From: an uncultured bacterium
GTDB lineage: Bacteria; Zixibacteria; MSB-5A5; JAABVY01; JAHJOQ01
Reading direction: 5' to 3'
Length of the DNA: 64,000 nucleotides
Assembly (NCBI GenBank): GCA_965369655.1
Contig: CBDUQR010000010.1
Span: 8,757 to 72,756, forward strand
Shown here piece after piece: positions 1 through 8,855 of this stretch. A model generated the notes under the pieces. That model saw only the letters and a list, made by a program, of their open reading frames with translations, was not told the origin of the DNA and ran no database searches. Each line of letters begins with the position of its first letter. The first letter of the stretch is position 1. Position numbers and translations under genes: made by a program.

Positions 1-1052
1 TCATCGACCGACGTGATATCTGAGTGAAAGAACTCGACTCTGCGCAGGACATTGTCGAGCCGTGACGGTGACAGAAGAAAGTCCTGTCCTTTGATCCTGG
101 CGTAGTAGATGCAATTGTCGAGATCATCGGTCGGAACATAAGTTGCCCGCCCAAACGAGAAACCATCGATTTCGCCGGAATAACGTTGCGCCAACTCGAA
201 TTCCCCGCGAGGGTGACAGATGAATCTGATAGTGTTCGATGGTTCGCTTTCGGTGCCATCGGGATACACAGTCGTCACTGCTGCGAAATATGTGATGCCA
301 TCCTGCAGATCAGACGCCACAAAGGTCTCGAAATCTGTGGCAGGATCGGTGTCGCCGGGATAAATGTCATCTGCCAGCAGAGTCTGTCTGTCGATCTGGA
401 GGCCAGTCGTGTCACTCGCGGTGTCGCGCGAATCGAGATATATGTTGTAGCCCTTTATCATCAGATCACCCCGATTGGTCTTCCATCTCAGTAGCGCTCT
501 CTGGTGATTCACTTCTGCAGTGATATCCGATGGAGGCAACGATACTGCCACCTGCCTGGGGACGTCGATCTTCCTCGCTGGAGCACAGCCGAGAGCAATG
601 ACAACTGCGATCAGAGGTATAAATCGCCAGAAGCGTCTCGAAATACTGTGGACGGCAGACATCCTCGCAAGTCCTGAGCACCGAAGGATCTGCCCCATCC
701 AGCGTTGATATCGACAGATGTGTGTTCTTGTAGGTCGGCGTTCCGCAGCAGGCAAAGCCTGCAAGAAACCCGACTGCTGGTCAACAAGATAGATGTGTCG
801 CGTTTCTCTCCTGATTACATCAGGTTCGGAACACGACCTACTTCTGGTACTGTGGGCGGCAGACGTCCTCGCAAGTCCTGAGCACCGAAGGGTCTGCCCC
901 ATTGTGTCGCAACCGCTGGAATGCGGCAGACCGGGAGGTCTGCCGGCCACAAAACAGGATTGCCACGCTCCATTCAGTCGCTCGCAATGACTGAGAATTC
1001 CAACGACCACTCTACTCGCCGCATCAACTGCTTTTTCAACAAGTCCCTTCAT
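1..1052 (-). CDS. Fibronectin type III-domain lipoprotein; 3' end runs off the window. Start is either 1052 (coupled to the upstream stop) or 662 (just before the signal peptide)
   Basis: Translated by hand; absent from the ORF track because it has no stop in the window. From ATG 662: MSAVHSISRRFWRFIPLIAVVIALGC (lipobox), then FN3-like LRWKTN..KGYNIY..GITYFAAVTTVYPDGTESEPSN. The frame stays open up to an ATG at 1052 that overlaps the upstream TGA (TGATG). Confidence 0.8.
   Translation of the reverse strand, partial: MKGLVEKAVDAASRVVVGILSHCERLNGAWQSCFVAGRPPGLPHSSGCDTMGQTLRCSGLARTSAAHSTRSRSCSEPDVIRRETRHIYLVDQQSGFLQALPAAERRPTRTHICRYQRWMGQILRCSGLARMSAVHSISRRFWRFIPLIAVVIALGCAPARKIDVPRQVAVSLPPSDITAEVNHQRALLRWKTNRGDLMIKGYNIYLDSRDTASDTTGLQIDRQTLLADDIYPGDTDPATDFETFVASDLQDGITYFAAVTTVYPDGTESEPSNTIRFICHPRGEFELAQRYSGEIDGFSFGRATYVPTDDLDNCIYYARIKGQDFLLSPSRLDNVLRRVEFFHSDITSVD
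644..698. repeat. GTGG-type REP-like palindrome, copy 1 of a 55-bp direct repeat
   Basis: TACTGTGGACGGCAGACATCCTCGCAAGTCCTGAGCACCGAAGGATCTGCCCCAT; 52/55 identical to 848-902; imperfect GGCAGA/TCTGCC stem. Confidence 0.85.
730..841. repeat. 112-bp REPIN-like element (two inverted GTAG-type REP hairpins), copy 1
   Basis: Ends GTAGGTCG...CGACCTAC; internal hairpins GCAGGC-AAA-GCCTGC and CCTGAT-TAC-ATCAGG; near-identical copy of the same length at 19419-19530. Confidence 0.9.
848..950. repeat. GTGG-type REP doublet (copy 2 of the 55-bp repeat plus an inverted GTGGCCGGCAGACC REP)
   Basis: 848-902 repeats 644-698; 923-950 GCGGCAGACC-GGGA-GGTCTGCCG-GCCAC is an inverted member of the same family. 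Confidence 0.8.
957..991. repeat. GTCAT-type palindromic element (RPE/dRS3-like)
   Basis: GGATTGCCACGCT...CGCTCGCAATGAC; related copy at 10124-10151. Confidence 0.65.
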
Positions 1053-1822
1053 CAGGGGACATCTCTCGTCGCCGGTCCGGTATATTCACACCCAGCCGTG
1101 TCCCCGAGTTTGCGCATTGGACGCTGTGTTGCCAATTCCTCGAACGCGTGAGCGATCAACCCTGCGGTCCTGCTGAGTATGAAAAAACCTTTCCCGAGCC
1201 TGTGATCGAAACCCATGTCCGATATTACAGCCGCGATGGCTCCATCGACATTGATGGGAAGCCGCCTGCCGGTCTTCTCCTCGAGCGCCTTTTCGATAGC
1301 CTTACAGAGTTCGATATGTGGACCGCTGAAATGAAGCCGCTCCGCTTTCTCAAACAGCTTCAGGGTTCTCGGGTCAGTCTTGTGAAGCCGGTGACCGAAT
1401 CCGGGCATCCTGATTTTCTGAGATGAGAGATGCTCGACGAGTTCCTTTGCCGTTTCGTCAGAACTCCCCTGCTTCTTCGCCCACTCTTGCATGATCTTTG
1501 CGGAGCGTTCTATCGCACCGCCGTGGACGTCGCCGATCGACAGGATACCACCTGCTACTGCTGCATTGAGCTGATTGCCGGCTGATATCGAATTGCGTGC
1601 GCCGAGAACCGATGGGGGCGAAACGCCATGATCCACCGATGAGACGAGTATCGCTTCGAACATCTCAGCCTCAGCTTCGCCCGGAAGTTCACCCTTGAGC
1701 ACGAGAAAGATGGTCTCGGCGAATGTCCTCTTTTCCATCAACTGTTCGATCGGATACCCACGAACTTCAATCTTACCCGGACCGATATTCGTTATGCTAG
1801 TCGTCCAACTGTTCCCGGTCAT
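1052..1822 (-). CDS. Citryl-CoA lyase / small citrate synthase-family protein
   Basis: 256 aa; DHGVSPPS, HGGA, PGFGHRLH, DPR and NVDGA motifs of the citrate synthase fold. Confidence 0.85.
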   Translation of the reverse strand: MTGNSWTTSITNIGPGKIEVRGYPIEQLMEKRTFAETIFLVLKGELPGEAEAEMFEAILVSSVDHGVSPPSVLGARNSISAGNQLNAAVAGGILSIGDVHGGAIERSAKIMQEWAKKQGSSDETAKELVEHLSSQKIRMPGFGHRLHKTDPRTLKLFEKAERLHFSGPHIELCKAIEKALEEKTGRRLPINVDGAIAAVISDMGFDHRLGKGFFILSRTAGLIAHAFEELATQRPMRKLGDTAGCEYTGPATRDVP

Positions 1823-2649
1823 GCGCCTGCTCCCTCGGATACGGTCGAGTCAGGTGGAGGTGGAGCGGCAAGTTGCGGAAGGCTGTTCTTCCACTCATGC
1901 TCGAGCACTTCAGGATTTCGCTTCGTGGTCATCATCAGGATACCATTCGCAGAAATGCTTTCCTTCAGAAGTCCCAGCAGCGGTGCGGAGCCGTAATTGA
2001 GAGTGAGAAAGCCCAGGAATGAGGCAGCCTGCTCCCTGCGCTGTATGGGGGGCAGCTTGATGTACTTCTCGTTGTCGATTAAATCCGCGACGGGTATAAT
2101 AGTCCCGTTCTCCAGATGCTGAAACGCATTCGAATGGTAGTTCTCACCCGAAAAATCGAGAAGCGTCGGGAATCCTTCATTCACAAACTCGAACTTCGAC
2201 CCTTCGGGTGCAACCTGGCGCATCATGATTTCCGCGATTCCCTTGCCGAGGGGTGAGAATATCTCGTAGTAGACGGTATCGTTCGAAGTGTACGGAACTT
2301 CGCGTCCCAGAAGTTTCCTTGCCTCGATACTATTCTGAAATATCATCACGTATATCTTGCCGTCCGGCTTGTGTCTGAGCATCTGCGCGAGCAACACAAC
2401 GATTTCATCACACTTGACGCCGATTGCCTCGATACGTGCACTCAGATCTTCGCTCGGTGGATAGCGCAGTTCAAAGACCTCCGTACTGTGCTTCAGCCAA
2501 CCGGCAAAATACTCACGGTCAAAGCCGGATTGGGCTTCTTCCTCTTTCTTGCCACATCCAACAGTCAGCACCAGCGCAATCAGCAGGAGCGCCGACAACG
2601 CAAGCATCATAAATGTTCGTCTTGAAGCTTTGCAATGCATAGTATTCAT
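1819..2649 (-). CDS. Lipoprotein with a degenerate peptidase-MA-like domain
   Basis: Likely start ATG 2649 after GGTGGAG; hydrophobic signal ending LTVGC; FVNEGFPTLL and AASFLGFL resemble gluzincin helices but there is no HExxH. Confidence 0.65.
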   Translation of the reverse strand: MNTMHCKASRRTFMMLALSALLLIALVLTVGCGKKEEEAQSGFDREYFAGWLKHSTEVFELRYPPSEDLSARIEAIGVKCDEIVVLLAQMLRHKPDGKIYVMIFQNSIEARKLLGREVPYTSNDTVYYEIFSPLGKGIAEIMMRQVAPEGSKFEFVNEGFPTLLDFSGENYHSNAFQHLENGTIIPVADLIDNEKYIKLPPIQRREQAASFLGFLTLNYGSAPLLGLLKESISANGILMMTTKRNPEVLEHEWKNSLPQLAAPPPPDSTVSEGAGA

Positions 2650-2871
2650 GGGACTCCACCATTGTTCAGGTTGTTGACAGGCGGCGAATTGATGTACGCC
2701 GTCACGATCCTGGTTCGCACCAATATAGGCCTGCCTAAATCGGCTGTCAACAGTATTGCGACTGGGCAACTCATGCTGAGGTAATACTTGTATTCCGTGC
2801 GTCTATCTTTATATGAGCCGACGGAATCAACGCGAGCCGTATGCGCGGAATTCGAGTTGTCGATGCACATA

Positions 2872-2889
2872 TTGTTATATATTTCACAA
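2872..2889. promoter_or_regulatory. Rex-type operator
   Basis: TTGTTAT-ATAT-TTCACAA versus consensus TTGTGAA-N4-TTCACAA; 6 bp upstream of a TTGACT -35-like hexamer (2896-2901) in front of the redox operon. Confidence 0.65.
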
Positions 2890-3034
2890 AACGACTTGAC
2901 TACCCTGCTCGCCGTTACGTATATATTGTGCGGATCGGATTGACGGAATGAGTCACGATCCTGCAATGCACCGAGGCTGCGAAAGAAAATGGGTCAGGTC
3001 AATCGGCGCGTGATAAACAAGTTAGCACGAAGTA

Positions 3035-3769
3035 ATGGCAAACACCATCGAACAGCACCCTCTTCCCTCTTTCTCAAAACGAATCATAATCATCGTGGGC
3101 GGTTACGGCAGCGGCAAATCCGAAGTCTCTGTGAATCTGGCGCGGCATATCGCACTTTCGCAGTCGGAGAAGGTCTTCATAGCCGATCTCGACATCGTGA
3201 ACCCCTATTTCAGGTCGAGAGAGGCCGCCGAGAGGCTTTCCAAACTCGGCATACAGCCGATCAACCCTACCGGAAACCAGTTCCACGCCGACCTGCCGAT
3301 CATCCTGCCGGAAATCCGTGGAGCGATAGAACGAAATGACGGGATCGTGATTCTCGACGTCGGCGGTGACGATGTTGGTGCGAGGGTGCTCGGGTCACTC
3401 GAGGATGCGATCGCAAAGAAACAGCACGAGCTTTTCCTTGTGCTCAATGCCAACCGTCCGTTCACATCCGACGTGAAGAGTTGCCTGACCATGATAGATC
3501 AAATCGAGAGTTCATCCGGCCTCAAACTGACAGGCATAATCTCAAATACGCATCTTCTCGATGAGACAACGCCGGAGATTATCACCGACGGCCTGACTCT
3601 TTCGGATCAGGTAGGCAATCGACTCGGTCTGCCGGTAGTTTTTGTTTCTGCGTTGAAAGAAGTGCTGGACAAAACCGATTTCGGAAACGTTAATATCCCC
3701 GTGCTCGCCCTCGACAGGTATCTCCTGAAACCCTGGGAGAGAGGATTGGCCGGCGACACGAAGCCATAG
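3035..3769 (+). CDS. P-loop (MinD/CobQ-like) ATP-binding protein of vor-type operons
   Basis: GGYGSGKSE Walker A, DLDIVNPYFRSR, DVGGDD. Confidence 0.85.
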   Translation: MANTIEQHPLPSFSKRIIIIVGGYGSGKSEVSVNLARHIALSQSEKVFIADLDIVNPYFRSREAAERLSKLGIQPINPTGNQFHADLPIILPEIRGAIERNDGIVILDVGGDDVGARVLGSLEDAIAKKQHELFLVLNANRPFTSDVKSCLTMIDQIESSSGLKLTGIISNTHLLDETTPEIITDGLTLSDQVGNRLGLPVVFVSALKEVLDKTDFGNVNIPVLALDRYLLKPWERGLAGDTKP

Positions 3770-3776
3770 GGAAGAT

Positions 3777-4010
3777 ATGCCAGGTGTAACGATAGACAAG
3801 AACCACTGCAAGGGATGCGAGTTGTGCGTACGGGCATGCCCGCAACAGATTCTGTCCATGTCGAAAGACATCACAGTCAAGGGTTACTTCTACGCTCAGG
3901 TGCACGATCCGTCGCGATGTATCGGCTGCATGATATGCGCTATAACATGCCCTGACGCGGCAATCGAAGTGAAAACAGCCGGACAGGTCTACAGCCTGTT
4001 CGATTACTAA
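3777..4010 (+). CDS. 2x[4Fe-4S] ferredoxin (oxidoreductase delta subunit)
   Basis: CKGCELCVRACP and CIGCMICAITCP. Confidence 0.92.
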   Translation: MPGVTIDKNHCKGCELCVRACPQQILSMSKDITVKGYFYAQVHDPSRCIGCMICAITCPDAAIEVKTAGQVYSLFDY

Positions 4011-4038
4011 CGTTGTCACCGATCGGGGATTTGGATAA

Positions 4039-5124
4039 ATGGCAAAAGTTTTGATGAAAGGCAACGAGGCGATAGCCGAAGCGGCTCTGCGCGCCGGAGC
4101 GAACAACTACTTCTGCTATCCGATCACCCCGCAGTCGGAGGTGGCCGAGTATCTGGCCAGGCGAATGCCTGAGGTTGGCGGAGTCTTCCTCCAGGGCGAG
4201 AGCGAAGTGGCTGTGGCAAATATGTTATTCGGCGCTGCCTCGACCGGCAAGAGATGCTTCACGACTTCATCGAGTCCCGGCATCAGCCTGATGCAGGAGG
4301 CGATATCGTATATGGCGGGAGCGAAGCTTCCCGTTGTAATAGTCAATATAATGCGTGGGGGGCCTGGTCTTGGCGGCATTCTGCCTGCGCAGTCCGACTA
4401 TTTTCAGGCCGTCAAAGGCGGCGGTCACGGAGACTACAAGGTTCTCGTGCTAGCGCCATCGAGCATCCAGGAAGCCGTCGACCTGATGATGCTCTCTTTC
4501 CACCTCGCCGACAAGTACCGCAATCCTGTGATGATGATCGGCGACGGCATGATCGGTCAGATGATGGAGGCGGTGGAATTTCCCGACAAGTACGAAGAGC
4601 CTGAACTTCCGCCTAAAGACTGGGCTGCTACGGGAGCCGCAGGTCGTGACCCCCATATCATCAAATCTCTTTTTCTCGACCCTTTGGCGCTCGAAGATAA
4701 TAGCTGGGTGCTCCATGAAAAGTACGAGTTGATGAAGAAAAACGAAGTGCGCTACGAGCTTTACAAGGTCGATCCCACCAACAAGATCATCATCATCTCG
4801 TACGGCACAATGGCGCGGATATGCCAGACGGTCATCGACGAACTGGCGGACGAAGGCGTTTCGATCGGACTGTTTCGACCGATCTCGCTGTTCCCCTTCC
4901 CCGAGAAGCAGATTCGCGACGAACTGACTAAGAAGCACATCAAGGCGGGTCTTGTGGTGGAGATGAGCACAGGTCAGATGATGGAAGATGTCGAGAAGGC
5001 CGTGCTCGGGAAAAAATCGCTCTACTTCTTTGGTCGAACCGGAGGAATCGTGCCGACGCCCGAAGAGGTCAAGGAGAAAATCCGTCAAATCATCAAGAAA
5101 ACCTCCGGCAGGAAGAAAGCTTGA
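4039..5124 (+). CDS. vorB: 2-oxoacid:ferredoxin oxidoreductase alpha subunit (VorB/KorA type)
   Basis: MKGNEAIAEAA, YPITPQSE, TSSSPGISLM, RGGPGLG, GGGHGDY. Confidence 0.9.
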   Translation: MAKVLMKGNEAIAEAALRAGANNYFCYPITPQSEVAEYLARRMPEVGGVFLQGESEVAVANMLFGAASTGKRCFTTSSSPGISLMQEAISYMAGAKLPVVIVNIMRGGPGLGGILPAQSDYFQAVKGGGHGDYKVLVLAPSSIQEAVDLMMLSFHLADKYRNPVMMIGDGMIGQMMEAVEFPDKYEEPELPPKDWAATGAAGRDPHIIKSLFLDPLALEDNSWVLHEKYELMKKNEVRYELYKVDPTNKIIIISYGTMARICQTVIDELADEGVSIGLFRPISLFPFPEKQIRDELTKKHIKAGLVVEMSTGQMMEDVEKAVLGKKSLYFFGRTGGIVPTPEEVKEKIRQIIKKTSGRKKA

Positions 5125-5132
5125 GGCACGCG

Positions 5133-5960
5133 ATGGATACCGGTAACGAGACAATATTCAGCAGACCTGAATCTCTGAGAGATGTAGTAACGCACTATTG
5201 CCCCGGCTGCACGCATGGGGTGATTCATCGGCTCGTAGCGGAGGCGCTGGACGAACTCGATCTTCGTGAGAGGGCTGTCGGCGTCGCTCCGGTCGGATGT
5301 TCGGTGCTAATCTACAATTACATCAATACCGATTTCCTTGAAGCCCCACACGGCAGAGCGCCCGCTCTCGCAACCGGCTTCAAGCGACTCAGGCCAGATA
5401 TGATTGTTTTCACATATCAGGGTGATGGAGATATGGCGTCAATCGGAATGGCCGAGATCATTCACGCTGCCAATCGCGGCGAGAAATTCACTACGATCTT
5501 TGTCAACAACGCGATATACGGTATGACCGGTGGACAGATGGCGCCGACAACGTTGCCGGGTCAGGTCACGACGACGTCCCCGGCAGGTCGCGACGTCACG
5601 AAGGTCGGACATCCGATACGTATGGCCGAACTACTGGCGACGCTGAACACTCCTATGTACATCGAGCGCGTATCAGTGCATTCGCCGAGACATATTATCC
5701 AGGCAAAACGAGCCATCAGGAAAGCGTTCAAGTATCAGATGGAAGGACGATGCTTCACGCTTGTCGAAGTCCTCTCGACCTGCCCGACCAACTGGGGGGT
5801 CCCTCCGAGTGAAGCGACAAACTGGCTTGCGGAAAACATGATACCGTATTACAAGCTCGGCTGCCTGAAAGACCCTGACAATCCGTCGGTCGCCGATCCC
5901 GTCCTCTTGGACCCCGATCTTCTCCCTCCGGGATCCCGTGGGAGAGGGGATCCTGAGTGA
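5133..5960 (+). CDS. 2-oxoacid:ferredoxin oxidoreductase beta (TPP-binding) subunit
   Basis: HYCPGCTHG, VGC, HGRA, YQGDGD, NNAIYGMTGGQ, STCPTNW; alternative start 5121. Confidence 0.9.
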   Translation: MDTGNETIFSRPESLRDVVTHYCPGCTHGVIHRLVAEALDELDLRERAVGVAPVGCSVLIYNYINTDFLEAPHGRAPALATGFKRLRPDMIVFTYQGDGDMASIGMAEIIHAANRGEKFTTIFVNNAIYGMTGGQMAPTTLPGQVTTTSPAGRDVTKVGHPIRMAELLATLNTPMYIERVSVHSPRHIIQAKRAIRKAFKYQMEGRCFTLVEVLSTCPTNWGVPPSEATNWLAENMIPYYKLGCLKDPDNPSVADPVLLDPDLLPPGSRGRGDPE

Positions 5961-5971
5961 GAGGGCAACTG

Positions 5972-6535
5972 ATGGCGCAGTACGAAGTGCTCTTCGCAGG
6001 CTTTGGCGGACAGGGAATCATGACAGCAGGGCAACTGCTCGCATACTCCGGTCTGGCCGAGAACAAGCATGTCGCATGGATTCCATCGTACGGTCCTGAA
6101 ATGCGCGGTGGCACGGCATACTGTACGGTCGTGGTCTCCGACCAGCGCATCGGCTCGCCGATCATTAGCAATCCCCAGGGCGTGTGCGTATTCAACAGGC
6201 CGTCGTTCGACAAATTCGTGCAGAAAGTCAGGTCGGGCGGACTGTCGATTGTGAATAGTTCGCTGATAGACGTAACTACTGAACGTGACGACATAACCGA
6301 GTTGCTCATACCCGCGAATGATATGGCGATGAAGATCGGCAACCCGAAAGCCGCGAATATCATAATCCTTGCCGCCTTCATAGCGGCCACAGGCATTGTC
6401 AAACGCGACACCGTCATCGGCGTCATCGAGGAAAAACTCGGAAAGAAGAAGAAGGTGCTGCCCTTGAACTTGAAGGCTTTCGAGGAAGGTCATAAGCTTG
6501 CCCGCCGATTGCTCGGCAAGAAGGTGAAGGCATGA
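5972..6535 (+). CDS. 2-oxoacid:ferredoxin oxidoreductase gamma subunit
   Basis: AGFGGQGI, PSYGPEMRGG; alternative GTG start 5957. Confidence 0.9.
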   Translation: MAQYEVLFAGFGGQGIMTAGQLLAYSGLAENKHVAWIPSYGPEMRGGTAYCTVVVSDQRIGSPIISNPQGVCVFNRPSFDKFVQKVRSGGLSIVNSSLIDVTTERDDITELLIPANDMAMKIGNPKAANIIILAAFIAATGIVKRDTVIGVIEEKLGKKKKVLPLNLKAFEEGHKLARRLLGKKVKA

Positions 6536-6981
6536 AGCACGATTTCAGCAAACTGCAGGAGATATTCGACAGATATCCGAAGACATCGCAGTCGCTGATC
6601 TCTGTGCTGCAGGATATACACAAGGAATACCGCTACCTACCCTGTCACGCACTCGAAGAAACAGCTAAGGTTCTCGATGTTCCACTCAGCAAGGTCTTCT
6701 CGGTATCGACGTTTTACAACGCATTCAGCCTGACCCCTCGCGGCGAGAAGGTGATACGGATTTGTGTCGGCACCACCTGCCACATTCGAGGCGCGGGGCA
6801 GATTCAGCATCAGATCGAAAACCTGCTGAAGATCAAGGCCGGAGAAACGACCGAGGATATGAAATTCACGATCGAGGTGGTCGCCTGTGTCGGCGCATGC
6901 TCGATGGCTCCGGTCGTCATTGTCAACGATGAATTCAAGGGCGGAGTGAAGGTCAGCGACGCCAGGAAACTGATTAAGTAG
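6532..6981 (+). CDS. NuoE/HydC-like [2Fe-2S] subunit
   Basis: VSTFY, CVGTTCH, ACVGACSMAP. Confidence 0.9.
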   Translation: MKHDFSKLQEIFDRYPKTSQSLISVLQDIHKEYRYLPCHALEETAKVLDVPLSKVFSVSTFYNAFSLTPRGEKVIRICVGTTCHIRGAGQIQHQIENLLKIKAGETTEDMKFTIEVVACVGACSMAPVVIVNDEFKGGVKVSDARKLIK

Positions 6982-6991
6982 GACCGCTACT

Positions 6992-8845
6992 ATGATAAAG
7001 ACCGCACGGCAACTCGATAAACTCCGCAAAGAATGCGTCGCCGAATCAAACAAGCACCCGAAAAAAGTGATGGTCTGCTGTGGGCCCGGATGCCTGGCTA
7101 ACGGCGCGCAGAAGATATCAGACGAGTTCAGGAAACTGCTCAAGAAAAAGAGAATCAGAGGTTTCTCCGTCGAGGCAATGAAAGAAACCGGCTGCCACGG
7201 GTTCTGCGAAATGGGGCCGCTGGTCGTAATCGAACCGGATCAGACATTCTACACGAAAGTCAAGGTCAAGGATGTCGAGGAGATCATCGAGGAGTCGATC
7301 CGCAAGAAGAATATTATCGAGAGGCTGCTCTACACCGACCCGAAAACCGGCGAGAAGATCGAGAGATACTCGGACATCGAATTCTATGCGAAGCAGAAAC
7401 GCATCGCCTTACGAAATATCGGTCACATGAACCAGTGCGACATCCGCGAGTATATAGCCCTGGATGGCTACAAGGCGCTCGCGAAATCCCTGACCAAAAT
7501 AAAACCGGGCGATGTCATCGAAGAGATCAAGAAGTCCGGGCTGCGCGGTCGCGGCGGTGCTGGATTCCCTACCGGTCGCAAATGGGCTCAATGCGCAAAG
7601 ATCGATGACTGGCCGCATTATGTCATCTGCAACGGCGACGAGGGCGACCCGGGCGCATTTATGGATCGAGTCATAATGGAGGGCGACCCGCATTCTGTCA
7701 TTGAGGGGATGATCATAGCGGCATACGCGGTCGGTGCGCACGAAGGATACGTCTACGTGCGAGAGGAATACCCGCTCGCGGTTGTCAACGTCCAGAAAGC
7801 AATCGAACAGGCGCGTGAATACGGCCTGCTCGGCGAAAATATACTGAAAAGCGGATTCGATTTCGAATTGAAGGTCAGTCGTGGCGGTGGCGCGTTCGTA
7901 TGCGGCGAGTCATCCGCATTGATGAGATCGGTCGCAGGCGAGGTCGGAGAGCCGCGCGCAAAATATGTCCGATCGGTCGTCAAGGGCCTTTTCGACAAGC
8001 CGACAGTGCTGAACAATGTCGAGAGTTACGCGAACGTGCCCGCGATAATCGCCAAAGGCGGCAAATGGTTCGCGGGAATCGGCACACCGAAGAGCACCGG
8101 CACGAAGGCGTTCTCGCTCGTCGGCAAAGTTCGCAACGGCGGACTCATCGAGGTCCCGATGGGTACGACGCTCCGCGAGATCATCTACGACATAGGCGGC
8201 GGTATACTGGACGACAGGCCGTTCAAGGCAGTACAGACAGGTGGACCATCGGGCGGATGCCTGCCGGAGTCGAAGCTCGATCTTGCGGTGGATTTCGACA
8301 CGCTGACCGAAGCCGGATCGATGATGGGTTCGGGCGGCATGATCGTGATGGACGATCACACATGCGTGGTCGATATCGCGAAGTATTTCCTCTCGTTCCT
8401 GATTGATGAATCGTGCGGTAAGTGCATACCATGCCGCGAGGGTCTCTACCAGTTGCATGCGCTCGCAGTCGCTATCAGCGAGGGTCGCGCAACAGAAGCC
8501 GACCTCGACAAGATGGAGCAACTCTCTGAGATGATCGTGATCGGATCGCTCTGCGGACTTGGCAAATCCGGTCCGAATCCGTTTCTCTCGACGATAAAAT
8601 ATTTCCGCGAGGAATATCTCGCACATATCCGCGACAAGAAATGCCCGGCCGGCGTGTGCCGCGCGCTAATCAAATACGAGATAATTGCTGACAAATGTGA
8701 CGGCTGCATGGCCTGCATATCCGCCTGTACACAGAATGCTATCACGGGTAAGAAAAAAGAAGTCCATATTCTCGATCAGGAGAAATGCGATAAATGCGGC
8801 GCGTGTTACGCCGTCTGCACACGCGACGCCATAGAGATCACGTAG
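6992..8845 (+). CDS. NuoF/HydB (BfuB)-like NAD(H)/FMN-binding subunit with extra FeS domains
   Basis: N-terminal CCGPGC..GCHGFC, GRGGAGFPTG, NGDEGDPGAFMDR, GGPSGG, SCGKCIPCREG, HIRDKKCPAGVC, C-terminal 2x[4Fe-4S]. Confidence 0.92.
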   Translation: MIKTARQLDKLRKECVAESNKHPKKVMVCCGPGCLANGAQKISDEFRKLLKKKRIRGFSVEAMKETGCHGFCEMGPLVVIEPDQTFYTKVKVKDVEEIIEESIRKKNIIERLLYTDPKTGEKIERYSDIEFYAKQKRIALRNIGHMNQCDIREYIALDGYKALAKSLTKIKPGDVIEEIKKSGLRGRGGAGFPTGRKWAQCAKIDDWPHYVICNGDEGDPGAFMDRVIMEGDPHSVIEGMIIAAYAVGAHEGYVYVREEYPLAVVNVQKAIEQAREYGLLGENILKSGFDFELKVSRGGGAFVCGESSALMRSVAGEVGEPRAKYVRSVVKGLFDKPTVLNNVESYANVPAIIAKGGKWFAGIGTPKSTGTKAFSLVGKVRNGGLIEVPMGTTLREIIYDIGGGILDDRPFKAVQTGGPSGGCLPESKLDLAVDFDTLTEAGSMMGSGGMIVMDDHTCVVDIAKYFLSFLIDESCGKCIPCREGLYQLHALAVAISEGRATEADLDKMEQLSEMIVIGSLCGLGKSGPNPFLSTIKYFREEYLAHIRDKKCPAGVCRALIKYEIIADKCDGCMACISACTQNAITGKKKEVHILDQEKCDKCGACYAVCTRDAIEIT

Positions 8846-8855
8846 GAGACTGTCG

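Noticed and set aside
644-950. CRISPR array
   Set aside because: Only two 55-bp copies 204 bp apart, separated by another dispersed repeat; no regular spacers and no cas genes.
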